This document shows, in pieces, positions 27,019 through 37,081 of a stretch of 47,615 nt of DNA. The number at the start of each line of letters is the position of its first letter. The stretch's first letter is position 1. Under the pieces are notes generated by a model that was given only the letters and a program-made list of their open reading frames with translations, had not been told where the DNA came from and did not search any database. This stretch comes from a virus (Duplodnaviria; Caudoviricetes): positions 1-47,615 of IMG/VR virus record IMGVR_UViG_3300036984_000055, one strand, 5' to 3'. The translations under genes were made by a program, and so were the position numbers.

Positions 27019-28332
27019 TTATGCCAATGCGCTAAAGACTGGTGCAAGTCCTAGTCTTTGTGTTGTTGCTGTTTCTGTAGTACCAGTATGAGACTGAGTT
27101 GCTAAATCAAGATTCAACATACCATTAGTATCAGCACCTGTAGCAATATCTTGTGTAGTATACCAGCCATCACCAGGGCCGTAAGTAGTCCAGTTAGTAT
27201 TCAATGTGCCATTTGGGAAGTTACCCCAAGATGGTGCTGAGATAGAAGTATCGTAAGAACCTCTAGTCCAGTTTGATTCAGATGTGTTATTGTAGTAACC
27301 ATTGTTCTTGACACCAATAACTGTGCCTATATAAGCATTACCAACTATTTTTGCATTTGAGTCAAAAATGCAGTTTCTCATTGCAGTAATTTGAGACAAC
27401 GTTGTTGTAGAGTTATCTGCTTGAATTGCTGCTGTAGTAAGACCCTTAAAAATACAATTGAAGAATCTAAAAAACACAGTACCAGCAGTTGTATCTCTAT
27501 CAAGACCTATTGCACCATTGTCAAACACACAGTTTCTAAATATTGCAGTGTAAGGTCCGCCACCACCAGGTGAGTCTTGAAATCTAAATCTACAATGTCT
27601 CATCTCAAATTGTAGTCTTGTGTTGTACTGTTGTGCACCGTAACCAGTACCTGTATTGTTTATGTTCCAGTAAGTGTAGACTCTTGTGCCAGCAGAATTA
27701 TAATAATGGTTGAATTGAATTAATGGTGTAGAAGTTTCTGCTGCTTGAACATAGACATAGTCACAAGCGAATTTGTTACCTATATTTGTTGAAGAAGCAC
27801 CAATAAGTTTTGCAGTACCTGTTATTGAATTTGTGTTGTCTAGTTGCAAGTAACTATATGTTGCTTGAACATTAGAATCAGCTGTGATGTATAGAATAGA
27901 AACAGAAGAATAAGTGCAGTTCTTCCAAGTAATGTTTTGAAACGTTTTTGTAGAGTTAGCTGTGATGAAATTCTTATTGTCTACCCATCTTATCTCCCAG
28001 TACTTGAAAGTAACTATACTTGTGATTGCTGTAGCATTGTTCCAGCTACCACCAGATACTGCAGGAGAACCAGAAGAGCCAGAAATAGTTTCACCTATAG
28101 TATTGTCATCTTTTACTGTAAAATAGACTTTGTGAGTTGAGTCTGAGTTTATAGTATCTACTGCACCAGCACTTGTCCAATAAACATCACCATTTCTTTT
28201 AATGATAATGTCACCAGAAGCACAATTAAAAGTAAGTTTGTACCCACCTGCACTATGGTTAGCGTCCATGTAATATGTGCCCGCTGTGTAGGTAGTATCT
28301 GCTGTCAAGTCTGAAATTGTTGTGTATGCCAT
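27019..28332 (-). CDS. Parallel beta-helix putative receptor-binding protein, paralogue 1
   Basis: FRNCVF/FFNCIF/RNCIF rungs; N-terminal ~120 aa clearly similar to 25605-27017. Confidence 0.75.
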   Translation of the reverse strand: MAYTTISDLTADTTYTAGTYYMDANHSAGGYKLTFNCASGDIIIKRNGDVYWTSAGAVDTINSDSTHKVYFTVKDDNTIGETISGSSGSPAVSGGSWNNATAITSIVTFKYWEIRWVDNKNFITANSTKTFQNITWKNCTYSSVSILYITADSNVQATYSYLQLDNTNSITGTAKLIGASSTNIGNKFACDYVYVQAAETSTPLIQFNHYYNSAGTRVYTYWNINNTGTGYGAQQYNTRLQFEMRHCRFRFQDSPGGGGPYTAIFRNCVFDNGAIGLDRDTTAGTVFFRFFNCIFKGLTTAAIQADNSTTTLSQITAMRNCIFDSNAKIVGNAYIGTVIGVKNNGYYNNTSESNWTRGSYDTSISAPSWGNFPNGTLNTNWTTYGPGDGWYTTQDIATGADTNGMLNLDLATQSHTGTTETATTQRLGLAPVFSALA

Positions 28333-28988
28333 TAGTACTTAAATCCTGTGCCTGCCATGCCTAGATAGTTGCCATTGAAATAGAACCCAATTACGTCTGT
28401 TGAACTTGTAGCACCAGATAGAGTTGGTGAAGTAGCAGCAGACCATTGGACACCAGTGATACCTTGTACAGAACCGTTTACTGTGTATGTTAGTACAAGA
28501 GTAGAATTAGCACCTGTGACACCGTTTGAGAAACCTAGAGTGCAACCAGTTGCTCCTAATGCAATAGATGCTACTTGTTTTAAACCATTTGACCAATTGA
28601 CTATAAACGCACCAGTTGCTCCTATAGAACCTGCATTATATTGTGCTGGTACAAAAACTCCTGTGTTACCTTGAACTCCTGTCCCTCCAATTAACCCTGT
28701 CAATCCCTGAAGTCCTGTTGCACCTTGTGCACCAGTCTCACCTTGTAGACCTGTCAATCCTTGTAATCCAGTTTCACCTTGTAGACCTGTAGATCCTACA
28801 AGACCAGTGTCTCCTTGAAGTCCAGTAACTCCTAGACCTTGAGCACCTGTTTGACCTTGTAATCCAGTGTTGCCTTGGATTTCCTGCAAGCATATGTCCC
28901 AAGATGTAGTTGATTCTCTATAGACATATCTAGTTCCAAGATGATTGGTATAGAATTCACCATCAACTGGACTAATAGGAAAAGGCAT
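28332..28988 (-). CDS. Short collagen-like fibre protein
   Basis: FP..P.DG..YTN.LGT.Y.Y N-module, G-x-T-G-L-Q tract, C-terminal domain ending PTLSG..SSTDVIGFYFNG. Confidence 0.85.
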   Translation of the reverse strand: MPFPISPVDGEFYTNHLGTRYVYRESTTSWDICLQEIQGNTGLQGQTGAQGLGVTGLQGDTGLVGSTGLQGETGLQGLTGLQGETGAQGATGLQGLTGLIGGTGVQGNTGVFVPAQYNAGSIGATGAFIVNWSNGLKQVASIALGATGCTLGFSNGVTGANSTLVLTYTVNGSVQGITGVQWSAATSPTLSGATSSTDVIGFYFNGNYLGMAGTGFKY

Positions 28989-29007
28989 GATTACTCCCTG
29001 TTAGCAA

Positions 29008-31830
29008 TTACCAGCAAAAAATTCTAATTTCACCCCTGCCACCATTACCACCTGCACCAGAAGTTGCTGAAGTAGAATAAGTTGCTGCACCACCTCCACC
29101 GCCTCCACCAGATGGTGCTCCACCGTTTCCACCTGCTGCTCCATTCAATGGTGCATTAGTTGAGTTAATTCCAGCACCTCCACCGCCTCCACCAGTACCT
29201 CCGCATAAAATCAAGTCAGATGCTGCACCATTACCTCCTGCACTAGGTGATCCTCCGCTTGCTCCAGCTTCTCCACCACCTCCAACAGGAGTAATTGTAG
29301 AAGAAAGTGTTTTTCCACCTTGACCTACAGCACTTGTGGTATTATTAGTTGATGTTGCTCCTCCACCCCCACCTCCACCAGCACCTGCATAAAAAGAAGC
29401 TCCACCAGCCATACCATTTTGATTGCCCCCACCTGCTCCACCACAAATTGAATCATAATGTACACCACTACCATCACCCAATGCACCATTTGGACTAGCA
29501 CCAGAGAAAAAAGAAACACCTCCAGTAGGTGAGAATGGACCATAGCCTCCTTGTCCAACAGTATTTCCAGATGCTACTGAACCTCCACCTCCAGCTCCTA
29601 TTTGAACAACTGCAGAAACTTTTCCTCCCATACCACCACCACCTCCAAAAGCAGCTACTTTTGGAGAAGTCAAACTACCAAACCAAGTTGCACTACCATC
29701 AACTCCTGTTGCTCCCTGTGTTGCAGTAGTTCCTGATACGCTTGAACCTCCTGCTCCTCCTGCTCCTATCATATAGTATTCTGTAGCACCTAACAGTTCT
29801 GCAGGTATTGTTTTGAAAATATGAGCTCCACCACCACCACCTGCTCCACCTTTTCTGTGTTGAGCCTGTGCATTTAGTCCACCTGAACCGCCTCCACCAC
29901 CACCAGCAAAACAATGTATTTCAACTATGTTACAAACTGGTTTTGTCCAAGTGCCTGTTTCACCACAAGTACCTGTAAAACAAAATGATGTGTAACCAGC
30001 AGCACCTGCTGTTCCTGCTCCTGTTACTCCTTGTATCCCAGTTACTCCTTGTGGTGCTCCAGCAGGACCTGTAACACCATCTAATCCTCTTACTCCTGTT
30101 TCACCTTGTGGTGCTCCAGCAGGACCAGTTGGTCCATAGGGACCAGTAATACCAAGTCCTGTATCTCCTTGAAAACCTGTAGCACCTTTTACTCCAGTTG
30201 AACCTTGAGGTCCTTGTTCACCTGCTCCAGTTGCACCAGCAATACCCGTCCATCCTCTCAAACCTTCTAAACCAGTTGCACCTTGGTCACCTAAATAATC
30301 AAATGAAATCCTACACCAAGAACCCTCAGGTGTCTGATTTCTATCAAATCCTGTTATATTATACTGAAAAGCTGAAGAACCTAAAGAAGTTATTCTGCAT
30401 CCAAAACCACCAATCCATTCTTGCCCTTGATAAAACCCATTGTCAAACACTCCAGTAAATACTATTCTTGAACCTTCTCTTAAAACGCTCCAAGTTCTAA
30501 CAGCCATGTCTACTTTTTTGCTGTTAACATCAGGTAAAGAATATAAAGTACCAGAAAATTCTATAGCTTGTAGAGTAGAATCAAGTCCAATAGGTAGTGA
30601 AGCAACTTTTACTAATGCATGACCAGTGTCTGCATGATTTCCATCTCCAAATGGGTCTGTTGTATAGTTTACTATTGCATAAATATCTGGTGTGAACAAT
30701 CCTGTAGAACCTTGTACTCCTGTTTGACCTTCAAGTCCAGTTGCTCCAACGAGTCCTGTTGTACCTTGAACTCCTAATCCTGTTTGACCTTGAATACCTG
30801 TAACTCCTGGTGCACCTTCAAGTCCTGTTGCTCCAGTAGCAGGTCCAGTAACGCCTTGTAATCCTAGACCTGTTTGCCCTTGTAAACCTGTTTCTCCCTG
30901 AACACCTTCTCCTTGTACACCTGTCTGTCCTACAAGACCTGTTACTCCTTGTAACCCTGTTTGTCCTTGTAATCCTGTTTGACCTACAAGACCCGTTATG
31001 CCTTGTTCTCCTACTCCAGTTTGACCTTGTAGACCTGTTTCTCCTTGAACACCTTCAAGTCCTGTAGCTCCAGTTGCAGGTCCTGTTACTCCTTGAATAC
31101 CAGTGTCACCTTGCACACCTGTTTGTCCTACAAGACCTGTTTCTCCTTGGACTCCTGTATGTCCTATAAGTCCAGTTAAGCCTTGAACTCCTGTTTGACC
31201 TACAAGACCCGTTATGCCTTGTTCTCCTACTCCTGTTTGTCCTATAAGTCCTGTTAAGCCTTGAACTCCTGTTTGACCTTGGATTCCAGTTGCTCCAACA
31301 ATACCAGTTTCACCTTGTGATCCTACTCCTGTTTGACCTTCTATACCTGTTTGACCTTCTAAACCAGTAATACCTTGCTGTCCTACTCCAGTTTGTCCCT
31401 GAATGCCAGTCTGTCCTTGTAGACCTGTTGTACCTACAAGTCCTGTAACACCTTGGTCTCCTACACCTGTTTGTCCTAAAAGTCCAGTTGAACCTTGAAC
31501 TCCAGTTGCTCCTACTAATGATCCTGCTGAAATTTGGATCCAATGAAGACCTGTAGAACCCATATAAAGTGCTTCATTAGTTTCATTCCAAAGGAGTTCT
31601 GGAGGTGCAGAAATTGAAGGAAAAGACGAACTTTGAATAAAATTAGCTAATCCTGTTGTACCTTGGACTCCTGTTTGACCTATAAGACCTGTAGTACCTT
31701 GGACTCCTGTGACACCAACAGTCTGACTAACTATTGTCCACTTGTCATTTGCTGCTGTGTATTTGTACACAGTCCCAAGTGGATTAGTGTATATCTGTTG
31801 ATCTGTTGCAGGATATGGGAAATGAGCCAT
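29008..31830 (-). CDS. Collagen-like fibre protein with C-terminal glycine-rich domain
   Basis: N-module, collagen tracts, internal globular domain, WTKP...AGGGGGGSG...GGNGGRGEIRIFCW. Confidence 0.88.
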   Translation of the reverse strand: MAHFPYPATDQQIYTNPLGTVYKYTAANDKWTIVSQTVGVTGVQGTTGLIGQTGVQGTTGLANFIQSSSFPSISAPPELLWNETNEALYMGSTGLHWIQISAGSLVGATGVQGSTGLLGQTGVGDQGVTGLVGTTGLQGQTGIQGQTGVGQQGITGLEGQTGIEGQTGVGSQGETGIVGATGIQGQTGVQGLTGLIGQTGVGEQGITGLVGQTGVQGLTGLIGHTGVQGETGLVGQTGVQGDTGIQGVTGPATGATGLEGVQGETGLQGQTGVGEQGITGLVGQTGLQGQTGLQGVTGLVGQTGVQGEGVQGETGLQGQTGLGLQGVTGPATGATGLEGAPGVTGIQGQTGLGVQGTTGLVGATGLEGQTGVQGSTGLFTPDIYAIVNYTTDPFGDGNHADTGHALVKVASLPIGLDSTLQAIEFSGTLYSLPDVNSKKVDMAVRTWSVLREGSRIVFTGVFDNGFYQGQEWIGGFGCRITSLGSSAFQYNITGFDRNQTPEGSWCRISFDYLGDQGATGLEGLRGWTGIAGATGAGEQGPQGSTGVKGATGFQGDTGLGITGPYGPTGPAGAPQGETGVRGLDGVTGPAGAPQGVTGIQGVTGAGTAGAAGYTSFCFTGTCGETGTWTKPVCNIVEIHCFAGGGGGGSGGLNAQAQHRKGGAGGGGGAHIFKTIPAELLGATEYYMIGAGGAGGSSVSGTTATQGATGVDGSATWFGSLTSPKVAAFGGGGGMGGKVSAVVQIGAGGGGSVASGNTVGQGGYGPFSPTGGVSFFSGASPNGALGDGSGVHYDSICGGAGGGNQNGMAGGASFYAGAGGGGGGGATSTNNTTSAVGQGGKTLSSTITPVGGGGEAGASGGSPSAGGNGAASDLILCGGTGGGGGGAGINSTNAPLNGAAGGNGGAPSGGGGGGGAATYSTSATSGAGGNGGRGEIRIFCW

Positions 31831-31839
31831 TGTTTGTCC

Positions 31840-33096
31840 TTAGGCTTGATACATTAGTTTAAACTCTACACCATCTAATGTCACTGTCACAAAACCAGAT
31901 GCTGATCCCGCTGCTCCTGTTGCACCTGCTGTCATAACTCCTGTTGTACCTTGAATACCAGTAGGTCCCTGCAACGAACCAGCACTTATTTGAACAAGTC
32001 CTATACCTGTCAAACCAGCATATAGAGACTCATCAACTCTATTCCAAAGCAATATTGGCTGATCAAACGAAGGGAATGACTCTGAATCTATAAAATTCTG
32101 TAAACCTGTTGTGCCCTGTAGTCCTGTTGTTCCAAGTCCTGTCACTCCTTGATTGCCATTAGGACCCTGTATACCTTGTACTCCTTGAACTCCAGTTGCT
32201 CCAGAGTCACCAGTATCTCCCTTAGTCCCTAAACCAGTCTGTCCTTGTAAACCATCTACACCAGTTTCACCTTGAGCTCCAACTCCTGTTTGTCCTTGTA
32301 GACCTACACCTGTAGCACCCTGAACTCCTACTCCTGTTGCTCCCTGGGAACCAACTCCTGTTTCACCTTGAATACCAACACCTGTTGCTCCTTGGATACC
32401 AGTAAATTCTCCAAAATCACTCCAACTTGTACCATCATAAGCTACAGCATGAAGAGACTTGTCTCCTGCTATTGCTGCAGGTATATTTTTATTAGAACGA
32501 CTATCTGTTGTAATTACTTGAACATAAGGCTCTTGAGGTGTATAACTACCGCCTTCTACTGTAGAAACTACTGTTTCATCAAATGCTCCCCAGAAATCAA
32601 CTTCAAATGCATGACCTTGTGCTCCTTGAACACCAGTAGTTCCCTGAATCCCTGCACCAGTTGCACCTTGTGTGCCTAATCCCGTCTGTCCTTGTAGACC
32701 TACTCCTGTTTCTCCTTGAGTGCCTACTCCTGTTTCACCTTGAATACCAGCACCTGTTTGACCTACAAGACCTGTAACGCCTTGTGATCCTACTCCAGTG
32801 TTGCCTTGGTCACCTTTAGGTCCTTGAATACCTTGTACGCCCTGAACTCCTGTTTCACCAACATCTCCTTGTACACCAGTTTCACCAAGAGCACCAGTCT
32901 GACCTACAAGTCCTGTAACACCTTGAGATCCATTTAGACCTGCTACACCTGTTTGGCCTTGAACACCAGTTAGCCCTTGTACAGTCTGACTTACAATATT
33001 CCACTTGTTAGTAGCAAGTGTATATCTGTATCTAGTCCCAAGATCGTTGGTGAATAGTTCACCATCTATTGCTGGATACGGAAAGCTATTAGCCAT
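31840..33096 (-). CDS. Collagen-like fibre protein
   Basis: N-module, two collagen tracts, LLWNRVDESLYAG module. Confidence 0.88.
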   Translation of the reverse strand: MANSFPYPAIDGELFTNDLGTRYRYTLATNKWNIVSQTVQGLTGVQGQTGVAGLNGSQGVTGLVGQTGALGETGVQGDVGETGVQGVQGIQGPKGDQGNTGVGSQGVTGLVGQTGAGIQGETGVGTQGETGVGLQGQTGLGTQGATGAGIQGTTGVQGAQGHAFEVDFWGAFDETVVSTVEGGSYTPQEPYVQVITTDSRSNKNIPAAIAGDKSLHAVAYDGTSWSDFGEFTGIQGATGVGIQGETGVGSQGATGVGVQGATGVGLQGQTGVGAQGETGVDGLQGQTGLGTKGDTGDSGATGVQGVQGIQGPNGNQGVTGLGTTGLQGTTGLQNFIDSESFPSFDQPILLWNRVDESLYAGLTGIGLVQISAGSLQGPTGIQGTTGVMTAGATGAAGSASGFVTVTLDGVEFKLMYQA

Positions 33097-33105
33097 AAAA
33101 GTCTC

Positions 33106-33996
33106 CTATATTTGGTAAAAGAATTGTCCAAATGCTTCTTTTGTGCCTGTTGCTGTCCAGACGTTACTTGTGCTCATTGTAGGATAAAAACTAACTATGT
33201 TTGAAGCATTATTCAATACAAGTAGTACTGCTGGTAGATCAACACCAGCATTTGTGCCCTTGAATATTGAATATGTCGCTAAACCAACATTGTTAGAAGG
33301 TAGTGACATAGTGAATGCTGAAGTACTTGATGAACCTGATATAGCAAATATCACATGTCTAATATTACCTACATCAGCATATTTTATTGTTGCTGATCCA
33401 CCTATTATGCCAGTAACGTCTGATGTAAATTCTTGCCATTGTTGTGGAGCAACACCAGTCGCACCTTGAACTCCTGTTGCTCCCTGTAGAGAACCAGAAG
33501 AAATTTGAACAAGTCCTATACCAGTTAAGCCTGCATATAGAGATTCATCTATTCTGTTCCAGAGTAGAATTGGTTCTGAGAAAACAGGGAAATCTTCTGA
33601 GTCTACAAAGTTTTGTAGACCTGTGTTGCCTTGTAGTCCAGTGGAACCAGTTTGGCCTACTCCAGTGACTCCAGTAGGTCCTAGAAGGCCTGTTGCACCT
33701 AGAATACCAGTTACACCTTGGACTCCTGTTTGGCCTTGCTCGCCTCCTGACGGACCTGTTACGCCTAATCCTGTAAATCCTTGTAGACCAGTAATCCCTT
33801 GAACTCCTGTAGGTCCTCCTGCTGTCCCTGTAAAACCTTGTGCTCCAGTATAACCACGAAGACCAGTAATCCCTTGTGCTCCTGGTGCGCCAATCGTAGC
33901 ATTAGCAACAACATCATCTGTTACGTTATAGACTCTTGAAATATCATCTATTTCGTAAATTCTTGATTCTGGTATATTAGACAGATTATCAGCCAT
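33106..33996 (-). CDS. Collagen-like fibre protein
   Basis: Collagen tract, [13 protein letters not shown] module, C-terminal beta domain (FTMSLPS...GQFFYQI). Confidence 0.85.
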   Translation of the reverse strand: MADNLSNIPESRIYEIDDISRVYNVTDDVVANATIGAPGAQGITGLRGYTGAQGFTGTAGGPTGVQGITGLQGFTGLGVTGPSGGEQGQTGVQGVTGILGATGLLGPTGVTGVGQTGSTGLQGNTGLQNFVDSEDFPVFSEPILLWNRIDESLYAGLTGIGLVQISSGSLQGATGVQGATGVAPQQWQEFTSDVTGIIGGSATIKYADVGNIRHVIFAISGSSSTSAFTMSLPSNNVGLATYSIFKGTNAGVDLPAVLLVLNNASNIVSFYPTMSTSNVWTATGTKEAFGQFFYQI

Positions 33997-34002
33997 AGTC
34001 CC

Positions 34003-34245
34003 TCAATTACAAGTATTTACTACTTCTACTTTGTTTTTCTCTATGTAGTTCTTTACAGTTGCATGTCCTAAACCTACTGCACTCAAAATAATACCAATAA
34101 TCAAGAAGGGCTTGTTAATGCCAGACGGGATACCTTCTGGATACACAATTTGAAACGTAGGAACAAGAACAGACCAATAGAGACATGCTATATTGCGCTT
34201 TTTGCCGTTAAGCCAGACCCATGTAGATTTAAGAAACTTTTTCAT
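34003..34245 (-). CDS. Putative holin (two hydrophobic segments)
   Basis: WLNGKKRNIA, two hydrophobic stretches, GLGH..K, charged tail; AAGGAG RBS. Confidence 0.6.
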   Translation of the reverse strand: MKKFLKSTWVWLNGKKRNIACLYWSVLVPTFQIVYPEGIPSGINKPFLIIGIILSAVGLGHATVKNYIEKNKVEVVNTCN

Positions 34246-34409
34246 TGTTGCTCCTTGTTAGCAACTATTTGCTCTAACAGTGTTTGATAAATGTAGTTAG
34301 AACGATCTTTTTTTAGTATAGCAACTTCTGCTTCTTTTTCTGCTATGTTTTTTTCAAATTCTTGAAGTTTGAGAGCATAAGCAATTTGTGGCTTTACAGT
34401 GATGTCCAT
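34242..34409 (-). CDS. Small coiled-coil protein, 55 aa (not in ORF track)
   Basis: AGGAGG RBS; MDITVKPQIAYALKLQEFEKNIAEKEAEVAILKKDRSNYIYQTLLEQIVANKEQQ*; ATGA overlap with holin. Confidence 0.75.
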   Translation of the reverse strand: MDITVKPQIAYALKLQEFEKNIAEKEAEVAILKKDRSNYIYQTLLEQIVANKEQQ

Positions 34410-34542
34410 TAAGTCCTCCTGTCAAGAAACATGGATCTTCAAATGTAAAAGTAAACTTTGAGCTTTCTTTACTTGTCTTGACTATTTTACAACCCATACA
34501 TTGCAAAAAAGCAGCAAAGTATAAGTCACTTGTCATGATCAT
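34354..34542 (-). CDS. DUF5659-like protein, possibly truncated
   Basis: TSDLYFAAFL...G.K........FTFTFE N-terminus; the tail runs off-frame over the next gene. Confidence 0.45.
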   Translation of the reverse strand: MIMTSDLYFAAFLQCMGCKIVKTSKESSKFTFTFEDPCFLTGGLNGHHCKATNCLCSQTSRI

Positions 34543-35321
34543 AACTTCAAATCCTCTAGACCCTCAACACTACTTAGATCAGCTAGAGAAGAGCATCTAC
34601 AATTTATGTGAATTTCCCCTGGTCTAGGATCTTCGTCCCAAGAGTAGCGTTTGCCTTGACGTTCTGAGCAAATATCGCATAACCGCTCATCTTCTGAGCA
34701 ATCCCAAATATAGTGAGAGATCCCTGCTTGTTTTTGTCTAATTCTTGTGAGTTGACCATTTAGTTTTGAGACTTGATCTCTAGCGATTAACTCTGATCTA
34801 TTTTTAGTAAAGTCACCAATCTGTCTTATGTCTTTACTGATTTCTCTAGTTGTGTGTCCTGCTTGTATATGAGCAAAAAGAGAGCTTTCTACTTTTCCGC
34901 TCACCTCTTCTGACAGCTTTTTTATGAGTGCTGTGTTTTGGTGAATGAAAGCGTTAGCAGTGCCTTCTCTCCATAGAGTTGATTTAGATAGAGAAATCCC
35001 AAGTTTCTTGTCTACTCTATCTTGTTGTCGTTTTGACCATGAATCTTGCTCATAAAACACATCTTTTGCTTTTTGAGTAGCTACTCTAAAATATGCTGTA
35101 TCAAAAAACCCTTTATGTTTATTGACTATTAATCTTACTCTTTCAGGCCAGTCAGCATCTACCTTTAAGTAACGACTTGCTTCATTAGTTAAGTCAGATA
35201 AGTTGCTGTCTATTTCATTAAGAAAGTTCTTGAACCATAGTAAGAACAACACTCTAAGTTGTGAAGTATATTTTTTCTCTATAGAATATGGGTAAAACGT
35301 TTTAAGCGGCTGTTGTTTCAA
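34539..35321 (-). CDS. Minor head morphogenesis protein (Mu gpF/SPP1 gp7-like)
   Basis: RSELIARDQVSKLN...GI..YIW...DER...PGEIHINCRCS. Confidence 0.92.
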   Translation of the reverse strand: MKQQPLKTFYPYSIEKKYTSQLRVLFLLWFKNFLNEIDSNLSDLTNEASRYLKVDADWPERVRLIVNKHKGFFDTAYFRVATQKAKDVFYEQDSWSKRQQDRVDKKLGISLSKSTLWREGTANAFIHQNTALIKKLSEEVSGKVESSLFAHIQAGHTTREISKDIRQIGDFTKNRSELIARDQVSKLNGQLTRIRQKQAGISHYIWDCSEDERLCDICSERQGKRYSWDEDPRPGEIHINCRCSSLADLSSVEGLEDLKL

Positions 35322-36807
35322 GTTCTACTTCTTTTTCTATTTCTTGTTCTACACTTCTTTCACCTGAGATTTTTGTCTCTATAGAGTAACTATTACCACC
35401 AAACCTAGAATTTGCTACTTCTTCTGGTGTCAAAACACCTCTATCAAGATATACAGCATCTGTTTGTGCAACAGCAAGACGTCTATTTGCTTCTTCTTTC
35501 TCATCAAGACTCCAAAGAGTCGGGAATTCTATCTCCCAATCTTTTAACTCTTTACCATTAAAAGATGATTCTTTGCTCAACATGATGTATCTAACAAGCT
35601 TCTCAAACGGTTCTCTTAAAATCTGTTGCTGCATCCCATTGATTTTGTCGTAGTATCGTCTTAAGTCACTTGCACCAGTAGCATTTAGACCTGCAGGAGA
35701 TTGACCAAACAGAACAGTGACAGGGATACCAGAACCACATGAGATACCAAGTACTAGAGCATCAATGAGATCTTTGAGACCAGAGACTGATGCTGAGTTT
35801 CTTGTGTATGTCTCTTCTTTATCCATGAGCATAGTATTCATGATGTGTTTAGAGCGATCAAGAAGAGATAATCTTGCTAGTGCTGCAGCATCTTGTCCTG
35901 AGGAGATCATCTGTGCTAAATTCTCTATTTGTAGAGAACCAATGATGAACTCAGAGATGATAGTTTCAAGACCAGCATATGCTTCACCTAGTCCACGAAT
36001 TCTCTCAAAAGTAGATTGCAAGTAGCTGTCGTTCCAGTAGCGATTTCTTATTCTTTCTCGTAGTGGGATTAGAGGAGCATCAAAACGCATTACTCTTGAT
36101 TCGTGAACACGAAATGCACCAGTACCTGCGCTTGCTGCGCCTTTCATGCTTGTCGTGTATGGTTGATCACCTGAAGTTTTGCCACCAGAGATTAATCCCC
36201 ATGCTGTGGGTTTTTGTCGTTGTGGCCCATACATGAGCATGTTATTGCCAATAGTAGCAGGATTTATAGGGAATATAGTGTAGAACTCTGGTGTAGCATA
36301 TTTAGGATGCATTGGATCTTGATATAGATCAGCAGTAGTCCAGATAGTTCTCCAACGATCAAACACATGGATGTGTGTGATTTTCTTGATGTTTCTTTCA
36401 TTGACTGGTTCGTCGTAGTAACCATTGTCGTCAATACCCAAAATGCCTACAGAGCCGCCGTGTAGTAGAGCCCATTTGCCGCATTCTATTAGTTTTGAGT
36501 AGCCGTGTAGTTTCTTGACTTCTTTGTGGATTAAGTTGTCTGTGTCGGCTTTTACTTCAAAGTTGATCCTGAACATGTCTTCTGTGAGAACTTCAATGAT
36601 TCTCCTGCCCATACCTTCTGATCTAAAGATTGAATTCAGGTCTTGTTCTGTTAGTGCAGGGTTAGCATCAAATACTGTAGATAGTCTTTTGTCTACATTT
36701 GAGTACCCAAGACCAGTTAGAATGTTGTTCCACCCGTCTCTTCTTGCGATAGACATGGGTATTGGTTCTTGGTAGTCAAGTTTTCGGTATGGTTTACGTC
36801 TGATCAT
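35302..36807 (-). CDS. Portal protein (DUF1073-like)
   Basis: DGWNNILTGLG, RVHESRV.RF, GIPVTVLFGQSPAGLNATGASD...YYD, F..LW; start set at ATG 36807 (AAGGA RBS), 36756 also possible. Confidence 0.92.
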   Translation of the reverse strand: MIRRKPYRKLDYQEPIPMSIARRDGWNNILTGLGYSNVDKRLSTVFDANPALTEQDLNSIFRSEGMGRRIIEVLTEDMFRINFEVKADTDNLIHKEVKKLHGYSKLIECGKWALLHGGSVGILGIDDNGYYDEPVNERNIKKITHIHVFDRWRTIWTTADLYQDPMHPKYATPEFYTIFPINPATIGNNMLMYGPQRQKPTAWGLISGGKTSGDQPYTTSMKGAASAGTGAFRVHESRVMRFDAPLIPLRERIRNRYWNDSYLQSTFERIRGLGEAYAGLETIISEFIIGSLQIENLAQMISSGQDAAALARLSLLDRSKHIMNTMLMDKEETYTRNSASVSGLKDLIDALVLGISCGSGIPVTVLFGQSPAGLNATGASDLRRYYDKINGMQQQILREPFEKLVRYIMLSKESSFNGKELKDWEIEFPTLWSLDEKEEANRRLAVAQTDAVYLDRGVLTPEEVANSRFGGNSYSIETKISGERSVEQEIEKEVELETTAA

Positions 36808-37030
36808 TTGGCATCCTTGAACAACATTTCTGAGAAACAAGTTTTACAATTGTAGCAGCATGAAATAGAGAGATATAAAACCAATGGTAAATTAGACAAG
36901 ATATTTGATAGTCTTGGAAATGTGAGTTGAGACAGTTTTGTGTTAAGTTCAAAGAAGTAGAAGAGTTACAAGAAATCATTAAGTTGGCTAATGTGATGAT
37001 TTAGAGTTGGTACGTTTGACAACAAGTGTG

Positions 37031-37052
37031 AGCCCATGTAATCCTATGGGCT
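37031..37052 (-). terminator. Stem-loop downstream of terL
   Basis: AGCCCAT...ATGGGCT, 30 nt past the terL stop. Confidence 0.4.
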
Positions 37053-37081
37053 ACATATTGCTTTATGACTCGCCTAAAACG

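Noticed and set aside
35302-36807. Anti-CBASS Acb1 nuclease (a label often attached to DUF1073 portals)
   Set aside because: Only portal motifs are visible; no paired HxT phosphoesterase domain
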